DNA of 63,088 nt, filler included, from Asterionella formosa (lineage: Eukaryota), in NCBI GenBank assembly GCA_002256025.1. It is 29 parts of 29 records of this genome, joined end to end, with 100 filler letters (N's around TTAATTAATTAA, not from the genome) between each part and the next. Parts side by side here need not be neighbours in the genome. Positions count along the whole stretch, not along the records: positions 24,012 to 26,090 come from NKIB01000475.1; positions 26,191 to 28,269 come from NKIB01000476.1; positions 28,370 to 30,447 come from NKIB01000478.1; positions 30,548 to 32,625 come from NKIB01000479.1; positions 32,726 to 34,803 come from NKIB01000480.1; positions 34,904 to 36,981 come from NKIB01000481.1; 23 more parts are not named here. The stretch is one strand, 5' to 3'. A model generated the notes under the pieces. It was not told where the DNA came from. It saw only the letters and a program-made list of their open reading frames with translations, and made no database searches. Of the stretch, positions 24,012-37,081 are shown piece after piece; within the stretch, counting starts at the first letter, position 1, and each line of letters opens with the position of its first letter. The position numbers and the translations under genes are program-made.

Positions 24012-26090
24012 GCATGATCACCACGCCAGTGCTCGATATTTTGTTGAAATCCTTCCAGTACATCCACTTGAAAGCCATCACTTTCAAGAAGTCTTGGAGG
24101 AACCAGAACACCAACGAGTACAGCCAAACAAAAAAGAAAAGCCCAACGTTGTGAGAAAGTCCTTCAACGGCGACACCATCAATTTCCCCAGTAGGCCAAA
24201 ATAGAGCAAGAATCGAGGAGAGGCCCAAAGCAAAGCAACAACCGCCAAAAAGCATTGGTGCTGGTTTTACACTCCAGAAGTAATCACGTCCTGTACGTGC
24301 ACTGAACAATGTGAGAAAGTCAGATACGGAAACTTTCAAGTAAATCGCAGTTGTAACCTGTCCGTATTGCAATGGGTTCATTCCAACAGAACCAAAAAAG
24401 CCGTTTGGGTCCCAGCTGTTCAACAAGAAACTGAGGAGCAGCAATGACGAACCACAGGACACTGCACCCAATGTAGAACTGGTCAAGAAAATGGCTGGGA
24501 GATTCCATCGGTTGGGGGTTGTACTAGCCGTGGCGTAGTCATAGGCAATTGAGATCAAAGTACCATCATTCAAAAGGGTGATCAACATGAGCATGATAAC
24601 CGGCATCTTGAAAAAGGCAGGCCACTCTTGACCAATAAGGATTTCGTCTGCCGGAGGGGCAAAGTCCACGGGATGAAAGGTGAAGATAGCGATGAAGAAG
24701 AAAAATAACAGCTGGAGCGTGGCAGCAATCCGGTAAGTGATGAAGTTGCTCATCCGAGTGAAGATCTCTCGCGCTATCAAAATTCCATGAATAATAGTTC
24801 CGAGACCGGGTTCGGTGAGAACAATATCAGCTGCAGCACGAGCGGCATCCGTGGCACCAGCGACAGCGATTCCGATATCAGCACGCTTAAGGGCAGGTGC
24901 GTCATTGACTCCATCACCAGTCATTCCAACTGTGTAGTGCAACTCACGGAGGCATTCAACAATCAAATATTTGTGTTCAGGGTAAACCTGGGCAAAACCA
25001 TCAGCAGCGAGGCAAAGGTCGCCATAATTTTTGCCGAGGTTAGCAGGTTTCTCCTTGGTTTCTGGATCAAGCATGGGAAGTCTTTCAGCGGTAAAAATTC
25101 GGTCGCCCATTTCAAGCTGGGCGGCTGTGTTTCGAGCAATCAGCAAGTGATCTCCAGTAATCATCTTCACTTGAATACCGTAATGGTGTGCATCCGAAAT
25201 GGTCTGTTTAGTGTCTGGACGAGGAGGGTCAAGAAACGTCAACAAGCCAATCATCTTCCAAACACCATTGAAGGTCCGACCAACAGCTAGAGATCGAATT
25301 CCACATTCACCAAGACGAGCAACATCCTTTTCGACAGCCTCGAGAGTTGCAGTTTCAGAGGAATCCAATAACTTCATAATGACGTGCGGAGCTCCTTTAG
25401 TGGTCTTAAATTCCTCGCCTGTCTTGGTGTTTTTCACTGTTCCTTCGGTACGCTTGATCTGAGGATCAAAAGGCAGGTAATCAAGCTGCTCGTAATCGTC
25501 AAGGAGAGGCATGTTCACTGAACCAAGTGTGAGGCGATCAAGAGCATCACGGGCGGGTTCCTTCCACTTTGCTGCCATGGCAGCATAAACAAGCACGGAT
25601 TCCTGATTCTCTCCTTCATAATAAATAGGAGTATCATCTTGCAACACCATTGTATTAAGAGTTAGCGTCCCAGTCTTGTCCGAGCACAGAATCGACATGC
25701 CTGCCAGGTCTTCAATGGCGGACAATTTGGCAACGATAGCACCATGCTTGACAAGGTCTTTCGAACCAATCGCCAAAGTGGTTGTGGTGACAATCTCGAT
25801 GGCAAGGGGAATGGATGCTACCAAAAGGACAACGGTAAACGAGAGAGCTTCTTTGGTAGTTTCGCCTTTTTTGATTAAGTAGATAAAGACGATGATGACA
25901 CATGTCAAGGAAAGGCCCACCAAAACAAACATGATCTTCATGAGGATGATCTGGAGATGGCTAAGCTCGTGTGTGTTCTTCAACAAACTAGCAGTCTTTC
26001 CAAAGAATGTATCAGCGCCTGTGAACTCGACTGTGCCTTCCACCTCTCCGCGGACGACAGTCGATCCCATCTTACAGGAATCTCCCTTGT
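24012..26090 (-). CDS. Plasma-membrane H+-ATPase (P3A), internal part, variant 2
   Basis: Same motifs and same 2079-bp length as variant 1. The first and last 127 bp are identical to variant 1. Confidence 0.95.
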
Positions 26091-26190
26091 NNNNNNNNNN
26101 NNNNNNNNNNNNNNNNNNNNNNNNNNNNNNNNNNTTAATTAATTAANNNNNNNNNNNNNNNNNNNNNNNNNNNNNNNNNNNNNNNNNNNN

Positions 26191-26450
26191 GTGAAGTACC
26201 ACATAATTAACAATCGTACGTAAACGAAATTTCGAAAAGTCAAATGAATTATTTGAAACATCAACTAATTCAGTCTCGTGTTCAAAATTCATTGTGAAAA
26301 CTTCACATGAAGCAGTTAAAACTTCACATGAAACCGTTAAAAGTAATCTTTTTTACGTGAAGAGTGGCATTAATGCATGTGAAGTACCACATAATTAACA
26401 CTCATACGTAGACGAAATTTCGAAAAGTGGCGTATTTCGCGTCTTAGATG
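26191..26450. repeat. Repeat family C terminus
   Basis: Matches ~48148-48407 and 32726-32786. Shared end ...GAAAAGTGGCGTATTTCGCGTCTTAGATG followed by TA. Confidence 0.88.
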
Positions 26451-27728
26451 TATCAGAAATTCGTGTATGAAGTGGGAGGGATAGTGTGACTGGATATCAT
26501 TGCTGGCAGGATTTTTGACAAGGAGGGAACCAAGATTTTGTTGTCACAGGCATTTTGTACTGTCTGTGATTGCTCTTGGCTCCTTCTTGTTCTAGCATTT
26601 CCATCAATCTCTTTTTCAACTATTTTTAAAGAAATCATTAATGGCATCAGAATATGATCTTATGCTTTTTCTCAATTTGATATCAGGACAACATACAGTA
26701 TCAGAAACTACACCAATATTTTACTTAGTAATAAGTGGTCAATCTATTGACATCATCCTTTGTTTCTCCTACTTTAGTATCATGGCTATACTGGAATAGC
26801 AAGGATTTCAGAAAAAGTGAGACGTTTATGACTACCAGTACTGGTAGTTTGAGTCATGGTGGTTACATCCTTGTTTGTCTTTTTGATCAAGCAAGCATTC
26901 GCCTAATTTCTGTGTGGCTAAAAAAATTCATCTCAGCATCTTACTGGCGGTTTTTAATGGTTCTTGCGCACAGTCAGTACCTGCACATACTAGGTGGAAT
27001 GGCGCTTATGATCAGAACGTATACTTTGCCTCGAAGCAAATGAACGAAAAGCGTGTTTTGGCCAATCATAATACACCTTTGCCAGTATATGTAGGTACCA
27101 AGTACTTTGACCTGAAAAATCAACACAACTGGCAGCCCTACCACTATCAAATATCCAACAAGACTACAGGCAAAAAGCACCCAAAGCCTCTCGAAGGCAA
27201 AGGAGGAAGATATCTACCAAGGAAAAAGACAGCAACAAAACCACCAAGAAGAAATGATAGAGACAAATCATACCACTCTCCAGTTCATAGAGCCAGAGCA
27301 CGAAAACATCCAAGTAGCAGAACACACACAATCAGGGCAGGTCCCATGGTTACACACAGATAAAACACAACTGAGAAACCCAGAAAACAAATCACAAAAG
27401 ATAACAAAGCAATTCACAACAAAACTCAGAAAAGCGCAAGACAACCAGCCAAAGGTTACAATCAAAGATACAGGCAACAACAAGAAATCCAGACATAGAG
27501 TCTCAAATCACATGGGGAGAAAAACACATAGCCATAGAGGACAGAACCCTCAGACTCTAGTTCCAAAACATCAAGGGGCTACATCTCCAAAGGAAAAAAG
27601 TATTGTTCAACAAATATACCGGTAGATCAGTAAAAATTGTCAAGAGTCCAATCTTGCCTACATATTTTATCTAACCCTAGCAGCATTCTGTGCATAACAC
27701 ATATGGACCACTATTATGTCATCAGTAA

Positions 27729-28269
27729 TTAGAAATCTTGAGGGACTGATCCATTGAATGCATCTAGAATATTGAGACTTGTCAACAGGCCAATCTCTGT
27801 GGGAAGTGTGCCATTGAAAGTATTGTTAGACAAATCTAGAATATCGAGACTTGTCAAGAGTCCAATCTCTGTTGGAAGTGTGCCAGTGAAAGTATTGTTG
27901 GACAAAGATAGAGAAAAGAGACTTGTCAAGAGTCCAATCTCTGTGGGAATTGTGCCAGTGAAAATATTGACAGACAAATATAGATCATTGAGACTTGTCA
28001 AGAGACCAATCTCTGTGGGAATTGCTCCAGTGAAAGTATTGTCATACAAATCTAGATTATTGAGACTTGTCAAGAGTCCAATCTCTGTGGGAAGTGTGCC
28101 ATTGAAAGTATTGTCATACAAATCTAGATAATTGAGACTTGTCAAGAGTCCAATAACTGTGTTATCATACAAATGATATATCATTTTTTTAGATAATTGA
28201 GACTTGTCAAGAGTCCAATCTCTGTGGGAAGTGTGCCAGTGAAAGTATTGTCATACAAATGTAGATTCT
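27729..28269 (-). pseudogene. Leucine-rich repeat protein (24-aa units, 72-bp repeats), frameshifted and partial
   Basis: Repeated LxLxxNxFxGxxPTEIGLLTSL. One unit near 28150-28190 is broken. Confidence 0.8.
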
Positions 28270-28497
28270 NNNNNNNNNNNNNNNNNNNNNNNNNNNNNNN
28301 NNNNNNNNNNNNNTTAATTAATTAANNNNNNNNNNNNNNNNNNNNNNNNNNNNNNNNNNNNNNNNNNNNGATTGAATCTCGCGCCATTCGGAAGTTGCGA
28401 CAACCTTACAGAAACGAGTCCCTCAAGGGCTATATAATTGATATGGACAAATAGAAACCGCTAGCTACCTAGTATAAAATTGTGTTTTTGTTTTCTG

Positions 28498-28593
28498 TAA
28501 TTTGAAGTAATCCTCCGATGTCTTTAATTTGAAGTAATCCTCCGATGTCTTTAATTTGAAGTAATCCTCCGATGTCTTTAATTTGAAGTAATC
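28498..28593. repeat. 27-bp minisatellite, about 3.5 copies
   Basis: TAATTTGAAGTAATCCTCCGATGTCTT repeated head to tail. Confidence 0.95.
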
Positions 28594-29774
28594 TTCCCAT
28601 GTGGTATCATGGGGTTGCTCCTCCTTAGGATCCTATTTTCTGTTTTGATTTCTGAACAGAGTATGTTAATGGACACCTTAACCCTAGTTTGAAAATCATC
28701 CCTTTCCTTGGATTGATTCCAGTGTACCTAGGTTCATTGTACTCTCAGCACTTTTTCAAGTTGGTTTACTTGACATACTGGAAGAGCCTACACTTCCGAC
28801 AAACTTATATACAATTAAGAAGTCAAAAGAGTAATAGACTCTTTGATACTATTTTCTTCCTTTATACAGGTATAAGGGTAAGAAAGGGTCATCACAACAT
28901 TCTGGTATCACCCTGATCATCATTGCAGCCATGCCGGTAAATTAAAAGAACACCTTATAATAGAAAAATAATATGTTTTCTTTTCTGCACAGCCATCTAA
29001 AATATTTGGGTTGCATAGTACCTGGCACTAGATGTACAACAAGGAGACAAGAGCATGGGGGAGGACATGAGCACGGGATTTAACACTCATTTACCACCAC
29101 AGAACAATCTAAACTTATAGAATCACAAGGTTGCTTGCTTTAGTTGTCAAGAAAACTGGATTTAGATGCACATGAAATCGTCAACCTTGATTCAAGTCAA
29201 GTTTGAGACACATCATGTCAAGCAATGTTTAATGACATCTTGAAAGAGAGCAAAGGAACCATGAGCAGCACATTGCTTGACTGGGACCAAGCTTGGAGTT
29301 AGTTGCCTTGAGGTCATCATGTTTACACCGACGTATCCTCATGCATAAATTGCTTGCAGAGAGGTACTAGTAGGGAGTTGCGTATATTTATGCTGCCTGT
29401 ACCAAATGGGCATACTGAGCGAGCGAAACCTGTCACTGAGGAAGCAAGGAGAAATGAAGGGGGGCAAGGGCAAGTGTTAAATCATATCTATCAGCCAGAG
29501 GAACAAAAAAATTTAGATGAGCACATCAGTTCATGTGGGCTTACCATAATCTTGCCATTGACTCTGGCAAATTCAATCCAGTACTACAGCAGCAGCAGCA
29601 GTGCTATCAACATGGTATTGTGGCAATTGAAGACCTTGTAAAGAATATGAAGACTCATGTGCATTGATTTGCCTTGGACTTGGATTACAAGCTTGTAATG
29701 AATGTCAATTGATTGGAGCGATTGTTGATTGTTGTAGTGTGATGGTCAACATTACATAAATACATGTATGTATA

Positions 29775-30172
29775 TCATTCATGCTACAAGTACCACCATC
29801 ATGATGAGGTCAGTATACCACTTTATATCAATGCCACACCATTTGGTAATGTTGATTTTCTCCTTTAATCAAATCCATCAATATTCAATCAATATGTGAA
29901 AGTAAAAAACTCATGTCACCGGCAGATAGAATATAATAAGGTACTATTAATATATTATTCATGCTACAAGTAACATCGTCATCATGATGAGTTCAGTATA
30001 CCATATTATATCAATGCCACACCATTTGGTAATGTTGGATTCCCACTACTGATTCTCCAAGAATGAGTAAATCCATCAATATTCAATCAATAGGTGAGGT
30101 TGAAAAACTAATTTCACTGACAGATAATATAGAATAAGTTACTATTAATATATATTCATGCTACAAGTACAT
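29775..30172. repeat. ~180-198 bp tandem repeat, two full copies plus a partial one
   Basis: ATTCATGCTACAAGTA recurs at ~29777, 29957 and 30155 with conserved downstream sequence. Confidence 0.85.
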
Positions 30173-30814
30173 TGCTATTGATCATCGTTACACAAGTACT
30201 ATCATATGGACATTGAGCCAACTACAGAGCTATTACAACCTTGATTTAATAAATGACGTAACCTTGTATTGGAACTAATCACCTTCTAATTTACGATTTT
30301 TATAACATGAAAAGGATTCCATATATATATGATATTTAATGTGAAATAATATTTTATGAACCAATTTAGATATTTTGTCAACTTGTATTGGAATTTATTA
30401 CCTTGTATTGGGTGGTGGTGGTGTCAGTGATCAAAACCCAATACAGGNNNNNNNNNNNNNNNNNNNNNNNNNNNNNNNNNNNNNNNNNNNNTTAATTAAT
30501 TAANNNNNNNNNNNNNNNNNNNNNNNNNNNNNNNNNNNNNNNNNNNNTACCGTAAGTACATCCTGTCTATTTCCGTTTAGACATTCCTCAGACTACCTAG
30601 TCTTCGGACACCTGTCGACATCAACAGCCTAACAGACACACTCTGACAACCTGGTAGTAAAATATATCAACCCTCCATATAGAATACCGGTACATAGTAG
30701 TATACTGGTATACATACATATTATACGTAAAATGTTGATATCCAATCATTGTCAGTGGCATCCCCTTTGGAAACTCAAACAACGATTGCTTCGAAATTAG
30801 CACTAACCCGCATC

Positions 30815-31477
30815 ATGGCGTCATCGATCAATAGCAACGACAGCGCTTCAAACAATAGTACTATCAATGATGTTCCTATAACACCATGGAATAGACAAGA
30901 GTGGATGTTCCCGTCGTACATCCAACCAGTGCATATATTGTTTGGCTCTGCCATACCCCTTTGCCTCGGCGCATATTTTGGGTTTACCAGGCAGATCAGA
31001 ATCTACAAGAAGGAAGCTGCAGCTGAAGCTGCGGCAGAGGCGATGAATGCAGTAAGTAATGTAGTTACTACAGAAGGAAAGATATTGGCAGGACGAGCTC
31101 TGACTATAGCGACCATGTCCAGCGTTGGGGGATTTGCTCTGACTGGGGCAGGTACGTTTACATTGACTACTGTTTTTCTCGTTTATTTTATTGCAACAAT
31201 TGAGCTTATTTGGTAAATCTGTGCAGCAATATTCTACAGTTGTGGGTTCCAATCAGTAGATGAAGCTTTTCTCTCGTTTCGAAGCTGGGGCCAACGCAAA
31301 CGACTTGAAATTGAAGCAGCCTCAATTGATCTAGGAGTTGACGACCACCCTGACGCAATCGCTACTAAGAACATGTCGGAAGAAGAAGAAATGGAATATT
31401 TCGAAAAGAAATACATGAATGACATAGAGAAAAGAGTCAGTGTTTGGTCTTGGCAGAGAGCAAAGGAAAGTAAATGA
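30815..31477 (+). CDS. Small membrane protein, TMEM242/DUF1358-like; intron 31152-31226
   Basis: AG|GTACGT...TGCAG| splicing gives ...AGRALTIATMSSVGGFALTGAAIFYSCGFQSVDE... with two hydrophobic segments. Confidence 0.6.
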
Positions 31478-32725
31478 AAGCATCACCAGTGAGACTGATG
31501 ACTTCAGTATTGCAATCCTGCTTTCATTTTATTTGATGAGAAACTGATCGAATGCCAATGACTCAGTGCATCATGTTGAAGTAAAATCAGAACTTTCTCC
31601 TAGTTGGTGTGAAGTCAACACAACCTCATGATGGAATATTCTCGTCTCTACTTTGCTGTATATGTCTAGGTAAACTTTGTAATATGTATTCTGGTATTCT
31701 GTTTTAAAGTGATAGAAGGTGTTCTTATTTCAGACAGTACAAGAAAAAAAGCACACACGGGAAAATAATTTCAAGATAAAGATTTTCTCAGTTGTTTTCA
31801 CCCTTGGAATGTTTCATCACATCGATGCTCACCTGCACTAAATCCTAAAGGATACCCTAACCTGATTGTCTCTTTTTGCAGTGATTGTCAGGCACCTAAT
31901 ATCAGGGTAGTCTACATCAAAAGTGAGATTCAGAAGTACACAACAGCTACATTATGTTGTGAGAGGCTTTAGTCAACACACCTAGTTAGTATGTCAAGAA
32001 TACTGCATCAATCGCCATGTGTCATGAGGACTGTAGAATGAGTAAAATGGTGTGTTAGTTAGCATGTCAAAAAGCTCTCAAACAAGGCTGGCGTTTCATC
32101 AACTGATATAGAAAGCTTTAAATGTACTAAAGGGAACAACAGAAAACATGTTCCCAAAGTGTGATGTGCAGTGCAAGAAACGAGACTGAAACTAGAGGTT
32201 TGTTACAAAGCTTATCATCAAGAAATAGTGAGAATGAACAAAGTAAGTAAGGTTAATAGTGAATACTATTCAGAACATAGCAGGAATAGATAATCATGCT
32301 ACCATAGCGTAACAGGTACGACCTACTCCCTCCATGGATGTTAGTATAGCTGCAACACATTCAGTTGGTAGATGGTCCCAAGAGCCTCACTTTTGCGGAC
32401 ACTGCTGTATAAGCCCAATGATATTCCTATGCAAGATGATTCTGGCGAACTTTGCTCATGCTTGATTGCTATCAAATTTATGCGGCAGGTGCAATGCTAA
32501 ATAGTGACGCATGTCCAGTGATACATGTCCATCATGTAGCGCCATTGAATTTTGTTAGCAGGCCAGCCTACCAATGTTGCTCCACCTGAAATTGCATGCC
32601 CATATCAGCAATGAGTCGAAACTGANNNNNNNNNNNNNNNNNNNNNNNNNNNNNNNNNNNNNNNNNNNNTTAATTAATTAANNNNNNNNNNNNNNNNNNN
32701 NNNNNNNNNNNNNNNNNNNNNNNNN

Positions 32726-32786
32726 CATAATTAACACTCCTACGTAGAACAAATTTCGAAAAGTGGCATATTTCGCGGCTTAGATG
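32726..32786. repeat. Repeat family C terminus (copy 3)
   Basis: CATAATTAACACTC.TACGTAGA..AAATTTCGAAAAGTGGC.TATTTCGCG.CTTAGATG. Confidence 0.8.
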
Positions 32787-34500
32787 TTTGTCTGCAGCGG
32801 GAGAGTCCTCGGGATGAGGAACAGCGGCCCTTACGAGAGTACTACCAAATGCGTTTTTGGCTGCGCCCATTAACAGGACATTAGCCATCGCGATTTTTGC
32901 CATGCCAGTCTCAAGGGGCTTAAGCCTGATGACATCGGCAAATGCTAATTTCCACCTAATGTAACGGGTGTACCTCCTGCCAATTGTCCTGCATTCAATG
33001 CCAGCGATTTTGTGCATGATTCAAGGAATGTTTCACATTACGATTGACCCAATGGGTCAATACAAAGCTCGTTGGTAACATACTGCTTCAAGATCTCGTA
33101 GTTTTTCAGAGCGGACGCATTTGGGTGGTCAGCACAGCCCAGAGAAGCATGAGTACCTCAACGCGGACCACTTCCGAGCAAAAGTAGTGCACACCAAGTT
33201 GCCCTGCTTTGGCGTCCATGTTTGCTCATCTTGCAAGTGCACCACAAAACTCGGCAACTTCAAACAGTGAGCTACCTTTTGCAGCATTCAGGGTACCTAC
33301 CATCAGACCTCCGCCCCACAACTGCGGTAGAGGATCAATGCCGGCATTTCGGCATGTTACCCAACCACGCGAGGGGGAGGTTGCAACTCCTCATCTTCCT
33401 TCGACTTGTACTGGTAATAATCAATGTCTCTATCCGTTCCCAGTTGCTCTTCGTCTGCCTCAGATAGAAACCACCATTTTTGCTGTGAGCGCATTGTACA
33501 ACGAAACAGTGTCAGGTCCTTTCCGGGACCACCGGGCATACCCGTCAGCTGTAATGCATCACTCCTGCGAATTCGAATATTCCGTTGACGAATTGGAGAC
33601 CTCCTGTTTGAGACACCTGGAACATCTTTGGTGATTTTTGCATGCCTCGATACATTCCTTGAGCTGTTCCCAACCAGTTAGTCTCAAGGGAAGTGATCGA
33701 GACGTGATCAACTTCAAAATCAGACCGCGCCAAAACGAATAAAACTTATACGTCTGCTTTCGACGATGAGAGACAACGAGATGATCAAAGATTTTCTGCA
33801 AATAGTACTCGCGACAGTTGATGATCAGCTCCGGTGGTTGTTTCTTGAGGGATTCATCGGTAAAGCTGTTCATTTAATCCATCACAGCTTGTGACACCAT
33901 GATTGCATGATCTTCCATCTCCTTTGCAGACGACTTGTCATCGTTTCCAATTTGTTGACTGGGAACGGCATCAAACGAGCGCGTTCAGAATCTGATGCAA
34001 AAACTCCAACAAAGTGAAAAGCGGTGTATTGATCCTGACTGACAAATAGTCAGCAAGCGTTGAGAAGCCGCCTTTGGCATGGAACCATTGAATCATGCAT
34101 CGCGACCCGAATTTCAAAAAGCCCATTCAAGTGATTCTTTCACATTCCAATTTCCTTTGTAGTAAAGCTTTCTTTCGATTGAAAATAAGAGCTAAGAACT
34201 GGAAGCAAGGAACACTTGCCTTTGCGTTTTTTTTGTTGGATCTTAATGTCGTTCGCAATGATCACGGTCGCAAACTCCAAACTTACTTCCACACAACTAC
34301 TACGTTCCTGTTGTCAGATCGTTAAAGGCTGTTTGCTCTATACGAGAATTCCAATAACTTGGTGCATGTATCCCTCAACAAAACGCCGAGCAAGTTCCGA
34401 TACCTTGGTGCCAGAAACCGATTCGATGCATCCAATGATTCAACTGTATTTTTCCATGCAACTGCGCATCAAGCCGGAGAATGAACGAAGAGTTAGCATT
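32787..34500 (-). pseudogene. Degenerate 5' part of a large ubiquitin-specific protease (USP9/24/34-like) gene
   Basis: Fragments in shifting frames: YKFYSFWRGLILKLITSRSLPLRLTGWEQLKECIEAC, FVNGIFEFAG, LTLFRCTMRSQQKWWFLSEADEEQLGTDRDIDYYQ. These resemble the N-terminal region of diatom USP34-like proteins, recalled rather than searched. Many stops. Confidence 0.55.
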
Positions 34501-34634
34501 ATAGTCATTCAGCTCAGGCGTTCCTTGTCCGAAATTGCTCGTCAGAAATAAAAGATATTTGATCCGGCATACCGTAGGCCTCGGTAGTCTTCTACTGAGG
34601 AAAGAAAATACCTCCAAGGTATTGGCAAATATTT

Positions 34635-34803
34635 ACGTGGTCAGTATGAGGTATGTAACAGCTCAAAATTCTACCGTGTAGAATTTTTGGTAGAATTTTT
34701 TCACTCGTTTGGGTAGCATCTTCTACCTCATCATAATAACTAGGTTAGGGTTAACAGTGATATTTTCCAGGGCGAAAATTCTACCCATTGTATTGTTATC
34801 AAC
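34635..34803 (+). mobile_element. Putative Crypton 5' subterminal region (second copy)
   Basis: Collinear with 42388-42540 upstream of the Crypton ORF, with the same TTCTACC/GGTAGAA inverted motifs. Confidence 0.6.
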
Positions 34804-34903
34804 NNNNNNNNNNNNNNNNNNNNNNNNNNNNNNNNNNNNNNNNNNNNTTAATTAATTAANNNNNNNNNNNNNNNNNNNNNNNNNNNNNNNNNNNNNNNNN
34901 NNN

Positions 34904-36231
34904 AAACTTACCGGTACATTTTTGTCATCTTAACTTTGAGAGAAGGTAAACGTTTTGTCAGCTTTGTTCCAACAGAAGTGAATAGGTCCAACGAGCGACA
35001 AGAGCACTTACGCAATTTGGTTTTGTTTTACATTGGTGCTCCCCAACAAGCGAAATGAGCTGTTTAATCAACTGAGAAAAAAGGAAATGTGCCTGCGTTT
35101 AGTTAACAATTTGTTGTTGTCCTGCCTCCCAACGATTGTCATCCAAGTAGCTACCACATTGATGGCTTCATTACCTTAAACATTCTCCATCCTTCGAATG
35201 CGCAATGTGTCGAAGTCACAATGTTTTTCGTTATGTATTGCGAAAATTTTCTTTTCTTTTAATGTGCTTTACTACGACGTATCTTTTCATGAAGCAGCAG
35301 GCATTGTTTGTTAACATGAAAGAACAATTTCAAAAATATATATGCCATGCATATAGAAATAAAATTTTTAAATATATATATATATATATATATATATTAA
35401 GTGTTATAGATTTATAAAATTCAAACGCGCTCTCGATATGGAACATCTGATATGGTTGAGATGATCATACTCGCATATACATAATTCGAAAATATTCAAT
35501 GCACTATATTTCCATTGTTTTCCACGACTACGTGTACCGGAATTGTTTCTGAAATTTGTTTGCATCGATATTTTCTACGTCCGTTGAATCTAATTATTTA
35601 GACCGTTAAAAAGCCGCCAGGGTTTTGGTAGCAAATTGTTTAAGCCCCTTTTTTGGTCGGGAGCTCTTCATGTGTACCGGTACATCATATGACAATAACA
35701 ATATATCATATATATATACAGAGTACCAGTAGCAGGTAGTAAGTGATATACTGGGGGTAGTCGGAGTAGTAAACTAGCAACAGAACACCATATGTTCAGG
35801 ACTGTTGCTACTGCAGTGGGACAGTAAATCATCATAGTTTTAGGATCGTATGATCATAAAACTAAAAACCAAAAGAACACCATATGTTCATGACTGTTGC
35901 AATTACATTGGGACAGTAAATCATCATAGTTTTAGGATCGTTTGATCGTAAAACTAAACATAAATAGAACACCATATGCTCATGAATGTTGCAATTACAG
36001 TGGGACAGTAAATCATCATAGTTTTAGGATTGTATGATCGTGAAACTGAAAAGCGGTACCGGTAGTCAGAGTAATAAGCAAGCAATAGAACACCATAGTA
36101 AATCATCATAGTTTTAGGATTGTATAAATAGAACACCATATGTCTATGACTGCTGCTACTACAGCGGGACAGTACCGGTACCGGTAAATGAATTTAAGAT
36201 CATCGAACTTTAAGGAAGACAACGACAACAG
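34904..36231 (+). repeat. Element AB, right part, with ~92-bp subrepeats (35782-36172)
   Basis: Near-identical to 39259-40288, 51375-52215 and 62745-63088. The end TTTAAGGAAGACAACGACAACAG is shared with ~57311-57333. Confidence 0.9.
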
Positions 36232-36569
36232 CTGGTCGTGTTGCTGGTCCACTTTTAATGGCCAAAGAAGGAAGCGACGAAAAGATCACCATCACGAGCG
36301 GAACGAGAGAAATCGCTTACGACGCCAAGTCTGGACGATTCTTTGAGACTAACTTGCAGGAAGAAGAATGCATTCCTGACGAGGAATACTGTGTCGTCGA
36401 TCCGGAAAGTGGGGAACTCATTCGTCTCACAGTAGCCGAAAAGGAGCGTATCTTTCTGGACGCGCTTCAGTCCTACTATGCCACTGGAAGGCAAATGCTC
36501 AAGGATGACGAGTTTGACCTATTGAAGGAAGATTTGCAATGGAACGGATCTGACATGGTTGTCATGAAT
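36232..36569 (+). pseudogene. PGRL1: PGR5-like 1 gene fragment (N-terminal stromal part), truncated
   Basis: EKERIFLDALQSYYATGRQMLKDDEFDLLKEDLQWNGSDMVVMN matches the PGRL1 motif E.E..FL.ALQSFY..G...M.NEEFD.LKEEL.WEGS.VV. The coding similarity stops abruptly and there are no TM helices. Confidence 0.85.
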
Positions 36570-37081
36570 GTTTCTTCCTGTTTGTGATCAATATCCCATC
36601 GATCCATTCGTTCTCGCAAATGTTTTACTCGATGCCACCAGTCGAAACGATTGAGGTAATGAGTAGATATTGGCAGGACGCGCAGACGTTGGAGATATAT
36701 AGAAATAACAGCCTCTGCAAATGCATTGTTTCATAGATACGAAATTAGTTATCATTTACTAACAGCTAGGTATATGTGTTACGGTTAGATCTCTTCCATT
36801 TCTCCTTCAAACTGCATCATATTTCTCCGAACACTACTACCCGTAGTAAGGTAATGTTCATAAGGTAGATGAACATTTTCTTCTCTTGCAGCAGCATATC
36901 TTCTGTTCAGCTCCTCAGTATGGCAAGCTCGTTCCCTTATATTGTAAGCAGAGAAATTGCCCGATGTCTCAGCATAGCACTNNNNNNNNNNNNNNNNNNN
37001 NNNNNNNNNNNNNNNNNNNNNNNNNTTAATTAATTAANNNNNNNNNNNNNNNNNNNNNNNNNNNNNNNNNNNNNNNNNNNN

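Noticed and set aside
21833..26090. Tandem duplication of the H+-ATPase gene
   Set aside because: The two contigs are adjacent only because they have equal length in a size-sorted concatenation. Physical tandem arrangement is not shown.
26914..27625. A-rich ORFs possibly from a LINE
   Set aside because: No diagnostic motif could be recognised, so they are left unannotated.
28498..28593. CRISPR-like 27-bp repeats
   Set aside because: Head-to-tail with no spacers, no cas genes, and a eukaryotic context.
35782..36172. CRISPR-like array in element AB
   Set aside because: The intervening sequences are themselves repeated, not unique spacers.
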